A stretch of DNA of 9,304 bases, taken from the IMG/VR virus record IMGVR_UViG_2671180603_000009, positions 1 through 9,304 of that record. One strand, 5' to 3'. The DNA is from a virus (Duplodnaviria > Heunggongvirae > Uroviricota > Caudoviricetes). Position 1 is the first letter of the stretch; the number at the start of each line of letters is the position of its first letter. Both the position numbers and the translations under genes were made by a program. The notes under the pieces were generated by a model. That model was not told the DNA's origin and did not search any database. It saw only the letters and a list, made by a program, of their open reading frames with translations. Of the stretch, positions 1 through 5,509 are shown one piece after another.

Positions 1-131
1 GGAGTGTCCGTTAAACTCAGGCTACCTCATACAGTGGGTAAACTTGTTTATCGGTGCTCATTGTTTTTTAACCTCAACTCAGATTAAAATTACTGCGAGT
101 GATGAATAAATGTCCCAGGTTCTTCACTCAG

Positions 132-161
132 GCCTGCACAGTGTGCAGGCTTTCTTTTTTT
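132..161 (+). terminator. Rho-independent terminator-like hairpin followed by T-run
   Basis: Perfect 8-bp inverted repeat GCCTGCAC (132-139) / GTGCAGGC (143-150) with 3-nt loop, then tttcttttttt (151-161). T-run is on the plus strand, so it would stop rightward transcription running into the minus-strand gene that ends at 161. Confidence 0.5.
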
Positions 162-436
162 CAGATTTCACCTTTTAATTTCATTGCAATCAGAGTTGCC
201 AGAAATTCGGCTTTTTTTTCTGCGGGCAGATTCTTTCCTATGTGCACCAGACACATTTTTTTTACACCATCGTTAAGTGTTTTAACGTTGCCTGATGGAC
301 CGTCGATATCAACCACAGTGAATGGGGTTTCTTTATTTTCTGTCTTAATCACGTAGCCAATACGCTTTCCTTCCAGATTAACCTCGTGAACAATGTCATC
401 AGTAGTTACAACAGTGGCTTCATAACTGGTAATCAT
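161..436 (-). CDS. hypothetical prophage protein (91 aa)
   Basis: ORF track 161-484; start chosen at internal ATG 436 (MITSYEAT...) because it is preceded by AAGGAG at 6-7 nt spacing. No family recognised. Confidence 0.65.
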   Translation of the reverse strand: MITSYEATVVTTDDIVHEVNLEGKRIGYVIKTENKETPFTVVDIDGPSGNVKTLNDGVKKMCLVHIGKNLPAEKKAEFLATLIAMKLKGEI

Positions 437-469
437 GTTTTTCTCCTTAATTAAGGTTGAGCGAACCCC

Positions 470-483
470 TGCCATTGCTGGCA
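470..483 (-). other. conserved hairpin at cassette boundary (GCAA tetraloop on minus strand); second copy at 1281-1294
   Basis: TGCCA-ttgc-TGGCA on plus, i.e. UGCCA-GCAA-UGGCA on minus; identical sequence at 1281-1294 downstream of each small-peptide gene. No U-run follows, so not called a terminator. Confidence 0.35.
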
Positions 484-520
484 TATAAGAATGAAACCGG
501 ATATTTATTACGGAACTGTT

Positions 521-712
521 TTAAAGACCTGCCGGGATTTCGTTATTATCATGGTGAATAACTTTATCGACCGGATAACAGTCACCGGGAATTTTCTGTT
601 TCGCTGCGGCAGTCATACATTCTTTCATTGAGCTGTATACGCCAGTAACCATGTCAACCGGTTCACCGGAAACAAGAAAAACCGTCAGAACGAGTGCAAA
701 TACTGTATTCAT
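521..712 (-). CDS. small putative secreted peptide, 63 aa (cassette copy 1)
   Basis: ORF track 521-766; start taken at ATG 712 (MNTVFALVLTVFLVSG...), which gives a hydrophobic signal-peptide-like N-terminus and an ATGA overlap with the stop of the upstream ORF at 709; two conserved Cys in the mature part; paralog at 1332-1523. Confidence 0.55.
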   Translation of the reverse strand: MNTVFALVLTVFLVSGEPVDMVTGVYSSMKECMTAAAKQKIPGDCYPVDKVIHHDNNEIPAGL

Positions 713-897
713 TGTGCACATCCTTTTGGCATCAGACGTAAACGAGCCAGCATTGAAACAATGCATATTTTATTTAATAGCTCCCGTTCGTGTTTTCTCT
801 TGTTAATGGCATCTTCAGTAAATACAGGGTTACTGATAGTGACACCAATTTCAAAACAACCTTCAGACGTATTAACGTTTGGTAATAACGTCTCCAT
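709..897 (-). CDS. hypothetical 62-aa protein (cassette copy 1)
   Basis: ORF 709-897; ATG 897 preceded by GAGGA at 7 nt; stop overlaps start of the peptide gene (ATGA); ~90% identical paralog at 1520-1708. Confidence 0.5.
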   Translation of the reverse strand: METLLPNVNTSEGCFEIGVTISNPVFTEDAINKRKHERELLNKICIVSMLARLRLMPKGCAQ

Positions 898-907
898 TAT
901 TGCGTCC

Positions 908-1238
908 TCAACAATGAATTTTGAGTAATTGTTCCACAGTCATATTTTTAATTGCGCCCCGGTTAACAAGAGTCCATCCCTGTTTTTCCAGATAAAACCG
1001 GAAAGTCTCCAGGGGACAGACCAGTGCGCCATCAGGAACGGTTTCGGTGAATTCGACATTGCCGAATTTGTCGAAGTGAACAACCAGGGTGCGGCCATCG
1101 CCTGGAATTATTTTGTCAGTGGGTGGGGTGTTATTCTGGCGCAGTTCGGCCTCCATGCGATCGAACTCAGCAATGTAGGCTTCTTTGAATGCGGCGGNNN
1201 NNNNNNNNNNNGGCGGCGCAAATAAAGACTTTACTCAT
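908..1238 (-). CDS. standalone homolog of the C-terminal domain of the Rha-like protein, interrupted by N-run 1198-1211
   Basis: Translation 908-1197 (...AAFKEAYIAEFDRMEAELRQNNTPP...LLKIHC) is ~92% identical to the C-terminal ~95 aa of the 1719-2276 protein. A candidate start ATG at 1238 (MSKVFICAA, GAGG upstream) lies beyond the N-run; frame across the Ns cannot be verified. Confidence 0.45.
1198..1211. other. run of 14 N (assembly gap or masked bases) inside a coding region
   Basis: Literal n characters; flanked on both sides by GCGGCGG-like sequence. Confidence 0.95.
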
Positions 1239-1331
1239 TTTGTTTTAACCTCATTACAGATTTAAGGGTGAACAAATCCCTGCCATTGCTGGCATATAAA
1301 AATGAAACCGGATATTTATTACGTGGCTGCT

Positions 1332-1523
1332 TTAAAGACCTGCCGGGACTTCTTTATTATCCTGGTGAATGATTTTATCAACCGGATAACAGTTACCGGG
1401 AATTTTCTGTTCAGCTGCAGCAGCCACGCATTCTTTCATGGAGTTGTATACTCCGGTAACCAGTTCAGCTGGTTCGCCCGTATTAAGAATAACGGTCAGA
1501 ACGAGTGCAAATGCTGTATTCAT
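1332..1523 (-). CDS. small putative secreted peptide, 63 aa (cassette copy 2)
   Basis: Start ATG 1523 (MNTAFALVLTVILNTG...), ATGA overlap with upstream ORF; ~75% aa identity to the 521-712 product. Confidence 0.55.
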   Translation of the reverse strand: MNTAFALVLTVILNTGEPAELVTGVYNSMKECVAAAAEQKIPGNCYPVDKIIHQDNKEVPAGL

Positions 1524-1708
1524 CGCCAGCATCCTTTTTGCATCAGACGCAAACGAGCCAGCATTGAAACAATGCATATTTTATTTAATGACTCCCGTTC
1601 GTGTTTTCTCTTGTTAATGGCATCTTCAGTAAATACCGTGTTACTGATAGTGACACCAATTTCAAAACAACCTTCAGTCGTATTAACGTTTGGTAATAAC
1701 GTTTCCAT
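1520..1708 (-). CDS. hypothetical 62-aa protein (cassette copy 2)
   Basis: ATG 1708 preceded by GAGGA (overlapping the rha stop codon); paralog of 709-897. Confidence 0.5.
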   Translation of the reverse strand: METLLPNVNTTEGCFEIGVTISNTVFTEDAINKRKHERESLNKICIVSMLARLRLMQKGCWR

Positions 1709-1718
1709 TATCGCGTCC

Positions 1719-2276
1719 TCAACAATGAATTTTGAGTAATTGCTCTACAGTCATATTTTTAATTGCGCCCCGGTTAACAAGAGTCCATCCCTGTTCTTCC
1801 AGATAAAACCGGAAAGTCTCCATGGTACAGACCCGTGCGCCATCAGGAACGGTTTCGGTGAATCTGATGTTGCCGCGTTCGTCGAAGTGAACAACCAGGG
1901 TGCGGCCATCGCCTGGAATTATTTTGTCAGTGGGTGGGGTGTTATTCTGGCGCAGTTCGGCCTCCATGCGATCGAACTCAGCAATGTAGGCTTCTTTAAA
2001 TGCAGCGGCTTTTTTGCCAGTGAATCCCATCACCAGGAAAACGAAGCCGTTTTTGGTGATTTGGTACATCGGGCGTTTTTCGCCTTTGGCGTCAGTGTAG
2101 GTGACGTCCTCAAAATTGAGGGCGTTAAATTCAGGTGAGCATTCAGTATTTGCGATGGCACGTAACACATTGTCGTGACGCTTGCCAAAGAACTCTGCGA
2201 TCGCAATAGACGTAGTGACAGCGCGACCATTTTCGATGGTTACGTCAGGGTGAGAAAGGGCAGGGATAGTAGCCAT
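1719..2276 (-). CDS. rha: Rha-family phage regulatory protein (185 aa)
   Basis: Start ATG 2276-2274 preceded by GAGGA at 7 nt. Translation contains the Rha-family signature as I recall it (...IAEFFGKRHDNVLRAI...FVFLVMGFTGKKAAAFKEAYIAEFDRMEAEL). ORF track extends to 2573 but that upstream extension is not accepted as coding. Confidence 0.8.
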   Translation of the reverse strand: MATIPALSHPDVTIENGRAVTTSIAIAEFFGKRHDNVLRAIANTECSPEFNALNFEDVTYTDAKGEKRPMYQITKNGFVFLVMGFTGKKAAAFKEAYIAEFDRMEAELRQNNTPPTDKIIPGDGRTLVVHFDERGNIRFTETVPDGARVCTMETFRFYLEEQGWTLVNRGAIKNMTVEQLLKIHC

Positions 2277-2316
2277 GATGGCATCCTCGAGTGATAAGTT
2301 AATTAACTCACCACCG

Positions 2317-2729
2317 AGGTTTTCCACGACCATAAGGGTGGTGTGACGTACAGGGGTGGAAATACCGGTCACTCGAGAACCCGGCCAGTCTTGCGACTGC
2401 CCTGCACATCCCACCATAATTTGAATGGAGCTGTGCATTACGCATAAAAAAACCGCTTCAGCGCGGCTATGCGCTCGAGTAACGTTCGGGTTTCCACGCC
2501 CGGCACCCGTTTTATAAGGTGCAGGTGCACTATAATTCCACCCGTTCTGGTTTTCAATAGCTACATTCAACATTTTCTCTTTCCTTTCATCACCGAAGTG
2601 AACTTTGTTGATGCGGTGCCTGGTGCCTCCAGGTGACGTTAACCAGTTAACAATTAACGCCGGATACAGGGAAACCCATAACCACCCGATACGGGGGAAC
2701 TAATCGCTTTTTAACTGTGCCGCGTGCGC
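2317..2729. repeat. copy 1 of a ~413-nt tandemly duplicated non-coding element immediately upstream of rha
   Basis: Aligns base for base with 2731-3143 (about 32 differences, ~92% identity); hairpin-rich; see findings. Confidence 0.9.
2446..2469 (-). terminator. terminator-like hairpin plus U7 within element copy 1
   Basis: Plus strand aaaaaaa (2446-2452) followed by ACCGC-ttcag-(c)GCGG; on the minus strand this is a GC hairpin followed by seven U. Stem is short (4-5 bp). Confidence 0.35.
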
Positions 2730-2730
2730 N

Positions 2731-3143
2731 AGGTTTTCCACGACCATAAGGGTGGTGAGACGTACAGGGGTGGAAATACCGGTCATCACGGAACCCGGCC
2801 AGTCTTGCGACTGCCCCGCACGCCCCACCATAATTTGAATGTGGCTGTGCATTACGCATAAAAAAACCGCCTGAGCGCGGTTATGCGCCGTGAATGACTT
2901 CGGGGTAGCAATCCCGGCACCCGTTTTATGAGGTGCAGGTGCACTATAATTCCACCCGTTCTGGTTTTCAATAGCTACATTCAACATTTTCTCTCACCTT
3001 TCATCACCGAAGTGAATTTTGTTGATGCGGTGCCTGGTGCCTCCAGGTGACGTTAACCAGTTAACAATTAACGCCGGATACAGGGAAACCCATAACCACC
3101 CGATACGGGGGAACTAATCGCTTTTTAACTGTGCCGCGTGCGC
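2731..3143. repeat. copy 2 of the ~413-nt tandemly duplicated element
   Basis: See 2317-2729; a single n at 2730 sits exactly at the junction of the two copies. Confidence 0.9.
2860..2883 (-). terminator. terminator-like hairpin plus U7 within element copy 2
   Basis: Plus strand aaaaaaa (2860-2866) then ACCGC-ctgag-(c)GCGGT; minus strand reads as a hairpin followed by U7. Confidence 0.35.
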
Positions 3144-3177
3144 TGAGCCGCATTCACCGCATCACAAAATTCACTTT

Positions 3178-3218
3178 AAAAAGGGCGGACATCAGCCAGC
3201 AATGAAACTGATGCCGCC
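3178..3218 (-). terminator. candidate Rho-independent terminator on the minus strand
   Basis: GGCGGACATCAG (3184-3195) pairs with CTGATGCCGCC (3208-3218), 11 bp with one bulge and a 12-nt loop; on the minus strand the hairpin is followed by CCCUUUUUAAA (plus a-run 3178-3182). Confidence 0.4.
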
Positions 3219-3418
3219 AAAGGTACCAATCAACATGGAGTGTTGTGGCGTGGTTGTCACTTAAGCGTATGGTCAACCTGACAACCCGGTGTCCTCAACG
3301 GGGAAGGAATAACTCCGCCATACTTACCGCCGCGTCATTTCGCGTTGTGTGCCTGCTTTTAACCACGTCAGGCGAGGTGGTATCCTTCTTATCCCGAATA
3401 ACCAAGAAGGAAATCTAT

Positions 3419-3619
3419 ATGACTAAAGAAGAATTTGTCTCTTATATTTTTGATAAAACGGTTGAAATGTATGCCGCTACTTACGGGTCCTGTAATCCTC
3501 TGAATAAACCAGAGGGAAAAGATGATTTCGACAAAATTTACCGCTTCTTGGAGGACCGCTATATCAAAAGCTTAGAGGACGCAGGGATCAAATCCCCAGT
3601 GAAGTCACCATTGTCCTGA
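3419..3619 (+). CDS. hypothetical small protein (66 aa), the only plus-strand gene in the left arm
   Basis: ATG 3419 preceded by AAGGAA at ~7 nt; the ORF track start at 3245 uses an alternative start with no RBS and is rejected; 3' end overlaps the convergent gene 3588-3965 by 32 bp. Confidence 0.5.
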   Translation: MTKEEFVSYIFDKTVEMYAATYGSCNPLNKPEGKDDFDKIYRFLEDRYIKSLEDAGIKSPVKSPLS

Positions 3620-3965
3620 GAACTTGCAGAACGTCATGATCATAACTTCCATCCAAACCGCGACGGCGAATTGCTTCTCGTATTACCGGAAGCAGTTCGC
3701 TGGAAATCTCGGTGCATATTTCACCTGATAATACGCTTGGCTCAAGTGAGAATATTGGTGAACTTACGGTCTTGGTCTCGACAGTTTCAGAGTCAGTGCC
3801 AACATTATAAAGCTCAACGAAAGCGGTCTTGATTTTCCGGGCCAGATCTTTTGCTGGCTCGCTTGCAATATCTTTCCCGATTTCTCGCAGCACAGAATGC
3901 AATGTATGAGCTGCTGTTTTCTGTACATCAGACGGTAAATCTTTAAATTCCATCGTCAGCCTCAT
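3588..3965 (-). CDS. hypothetical protein (125 aa; 121 aa if started at ATG 3953)
   Basis: ATG 3965 overlaps the stop of the upstream gene (TGATG coupling); alternative ATG at 3953 has GAGG 6 nt upstream. No family recognised. Confidence 0.6.
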   Translation of the reverse strand: MRLTMEFKDLPSDVQKTAAHTLHSVLREIGKDIASEPAKDLARKIKTAFVELYNVGTDSETVETKTVSSPIFSLEPSVLSGEICTEISSELLPVIREAIRRRGLDGSYDHDVLQVLRTMVTSLGI

Positions 3966-4117
3966 CAGTCAGTGTTTCTGGCTAACCAGCAACGCGCGCC
4001 AGATTCGGTTTTAAACGTTTTGCTTTTGGTATACGTCATGGCGGTAAACGTTCCATCCTGGTTAGGGAACACGCCGCACACCAGAGATTCGTTGTTGCCA
4101 AGATCGATAGTATCCAT
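3965..4117 (-). CDS. hypothetical small protein (50 aa; 68 aa if started at 4171)
   Basis: ORF track 3965-4171; ATG 4117 (MDTIDLG...) has GAGGT 5 nt upstream whereas ATG 4171 has no obvious RBS. First gene downstream of the operator-controlled leftward promoter. Confidence 0.45.
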   Translation of the reverse strand: MDTIDLGNNESLVCGVFPNQDGTFTAMTYTKSKTFKTESGARCWLARNTD

Positions 4118-4296
4118 GCTGACCTCATTTCCCCTTAACGCCGGGGTGGCGGAACAAAAAACCTGCTGCATAGTTAAAGATTGAACCCTGCCGTCATGTT
4201 CTTACGCCTCGGGCTGGCTACTTAACCCCTGACCACTGTCTGGTAACTCGAAGTATTGCCCTGCATTCTGTGGGGCGGGGTGGGTTGACGCCTGAA

Positions 4297-4338
4297 AAAA
4301 TAGCATCATTATTTTTTGATGTAAATAGCATCGCTATT
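4297..4338 (-). promoter_or_regulatory. leftward early promoter (PL-like) overlapped by two repressor-operator-like inverted repeats
   Basis: Minus strand reads TTTACA (plus 4320-4325), 17-bp spacer, TATTTT (plus 4297-4302). Inverted repeats AATAG-N5-(C/T)TATT at 4299-4313 and 4324-4338, centres 25 bp apart, overlap the -10 and -35; same motif recurs at 5434-5473. Confidence 0.5.
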
Positions 4339-4350
4339 GTTTTTGTTGGG

Positions 4351-4377
4351 GCAAGAAAAAACCACCCTAAGGTGGTT
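4351..4377 (-). terminator. Rho-independent terminator downstream of the toxin gene
   Basis: AACCACC-ctaa-GGTGGTT (4360-4377) preceded on plus by an A-run (4356-4361); on the minus strand this is a 7-bp stem followed by UUUUUUC, 17 nt after the stop at 4394. Confidence 0.6.
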
Positions 4378-4393
4378 CTGTCGGCGGGAATAA

Positions 4394-4684
4394 TTAACTG
4401 TTTTTGCCTGGATACTGTCTTCGAGAATGCACAATATTTACTACTTCTATGCTTGATGCTGTTACTCGGTAAAGGATGATGTAGTTAGGATGAGTTACAA
4501 TTTCACGAAGACCAAGAACTCGCTCGCTTGGAGGATACAGGTAAGGATGCTCTGTGAGCGGCAAAACGGATGTTTCAATTCGAATTTTCATTCTGCGTGC
4601 TGCCGCGGGATTTTCTTTAGCTATGTAGGCTACGATCTGGCGCAAATCATCACGAGCAGATGGTAGCCATAAAACGGGTAACAT
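4394..4684 (-). CDS. parE: ParE/RelE-superfamily toxin (96 aa)
   Basis: Translation MLPVLWLPSARDDLRQIVAYI...HPYLYPP...LREIVTHPNYIILYRV...VVNIVHSRRQYP matches my recollection of ParE-type toxins; start overlaps the stop of the upstream antitoxin gene (TAATG). Confidence 0.8.
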   Translation of the reverse strand: MLPVLWLPSARDDLRQIVAYIAKENPAAARRMKIRIETSVLPLTEHPYLYPPSERVLGLREIVTHPNYIILYRVTASSIEVVNIVHSRRQYPGKNS

Positions 4685-4878
4685 TATTCACCTCTGTGAG
4701 TTGCAGCAGCAATTTGGGCAATAATTTGTTCCATTTCCGCCATTACCTCATCATGCGGAATCGCCGGGCGGGGATCCGCGAGGCTTGCTGCTACTTTGGC
4801 CCGCAGCCATTCGTTGTAACTATTTTCTTGCTCAACTGTCTCAAATTCTGAAACCATTGGGGAAAGGACTGTACTCAT
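4684..4878 (-). CDS. small antitoxin (64 aa), likely PaaA/ParD-like partner of the ParE toxin
   Basis: Small acidic protein directly upstream of and translationally coupled to the toxin gene; AGGAG-like RBS about 12 nt upstream of ATG 4878. Resemblance to the PaaA2 antitoxin of E. coli O157 is from memory and unverified. Confidence 0.65.
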   Translation of the reverse strand: MSTVLSPMVSEFETVEQENSYNEWLRAKVAASLADPRPAIPHDEVMAEMEQIIAQIAAATHRGE

Positions 4879-4897
4879 TTTACATATCTCCTCTGAT

Positions 4898-5398
4898 TTA
4901 GGCGCGACGGCCTTTTTGTGCAGCTAACCACCGCGCAACCGTACGATCCATTGATTCTTTTTTATCTTTCATCTCCTGAAGCATGTGTTCTTGATCTTCT
5001 TTCGGAAAAGCTCTGAACGTATGGATTAAATCTCGTTCCATCGGCTCTACGGCAAACGGTAGTTCATCCTCTGTTTGTTCTGTGTCTGCTGGTAATGCGA
5101 CTATGTTATCTTGCTGTGGTTCTCGACAATACATCCTTGCAATTTGCAGCAAATCTACCATGTCTGGCCTGATTGACTCAGGGGGAACTTTCAGTAAGCC
5201 AGCAAACTTTAGAACAGCCTCAAGGTTTAGTGGGGTTTGACCATTTAGGTAGTGACTTACCGCCCCTTGTGTTGAAAACCCCATAATTTCCGCCGCACGT
5301 TCCTGAGTCAATCCCAACTGAGATTTCTTTGCCATCCAGATTTCTTTCAGTCTTCTGGCGGCGTTGAGGTCGGTGTCTGACAATGATTTTCTTTTCAT
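4898..5398 (-). CDS. HTH (XRE-family) transcriptional repressor, RacR/PaaR-like, 166 aa
   Basis: ORF track 4898-5428 (GTG start); ATG 5398 (MKRKSLSDT...) preferred. HTH-like segment LGLTQERAAEIMGFSTQGAVSHYLNGQ; acidic C-terminus with no recognisable S24 peptidase (LexA-like) motif; divergent from the Cro-like gene and 19 nt upstream of the antitoxin gene. Confidence 0.75.
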   Translation of the reverse strand: MKRKSLSDTDLNAARRLKEIWMAKKSQLGLTQERAAEIMGFSTQGAVSHYLNGQTPLNLEAVLKFAGLLKVPPESIRPDMVDLLQIARMYCREPQQDNIVALPADTEQTEDELPFAVEPMERDLIHTFRAFPKEDQEHMLQEMKDKKESMDRTVARWLAAQKGRRA

Positions 5399-5405
5399 AC
5401 ATCCA

Positions 5406-5475
5406 ATTCTAATAAGATTGCTAATCACTTTGAAATAGCATCACTATTTACTTTTAAAAATAACAGTGCTATTAA
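5406..5475. promoter_or_regulatory. divergent promoter/operator region (OR-like)
   Basis: Inverted repeats AATAG-catca-CTATT (5434-5448) and AATAA-cagtg-CTATT (5459-5473), centres 25 bp apart, plus weaker AATAA-gattg-CTAAT (5411-5425). Plus-strand TTTACT (5447-5452), 17 bp, TATTAA (5470-5475) upstream of the Cro-like gene; minus-strand TTTCAA/18 bp/TAGAAT (plus 5406-5411) just upstream of the repressor ATG. Confidence 0.5.
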
Positions 5476-5509
5476 TTATGCATTGGTAACACATCACATA
5501 GGGCGGATT

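Larger units (their letters stand above)
466..1197. repeat. tandem cassette copy 1 (homologous to 1279-2010)
   Basis: Collinear similarity to 1279-2010 with period ~811-813 bp; both copies start with cctgccattgctggcatataa (466-486, 1279-1299); copy 1 runs into the N-run at 1198. Confidence 0.85.
1279..2010. repeat. tandem cassette copy 2 (homologous to 466-1197)
   Basis: See 466-1197; copies differ by many substitutions, so they are diverged paralogs rather than identical repeats. Confidence 0.85.

Noticed and set aside
99-2138. Plus-strand ORFs 99-356, 929-1225, 1302-1739 and 1740-2138
   Set aside because: Each lies antisense to a better-supported minus-strand gene, several begin with non-ATG starts, none has an RBS, and the translations are low-complexity. 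One is read through the N-run.
2277-2573. 99-codon N-terminal extension of the rha ORF (MLNVAIENQNGW...) with an AGGA-like RBS; a parallel ORF exists at 2700-2987 in copy 2
   Set aside because: Between the two copies almost all nucleotide differences are nonsynonymous and radical while preserving RNA base pairing; the internal ATG at 2276 has a good GAGGA RBS and starts exactly at the Rha-domain homology. Treated as non-coding, but not excluded.
2317-3143. Whether the 413-nt element is a retron msr/msd, tRNA-like gene, group I/II intron or MITE
   Set aside because: No reverse transcriptase gene adjacent, no cloverleaf or T-loop consensus, no terminal inverted repeats or target-site duplication seen. 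None can be fully excluded without a covariance-model search.
3245-3418. Upstream extension of the 3419-3619 ORF
   Set aside because: Uses a non-ATG start with no RBS, and the added residues look non-coding; ATG 3419 has a strong AAGGAA RBS.
4270-4851. Plus-strand ORFs 4270-4479 and 4660-4851
   Set aside because: They overlap the promoter/terminator region and the toxin-antitoxin genes in antisense; no RBS, hydrophobic low-complexity translations.
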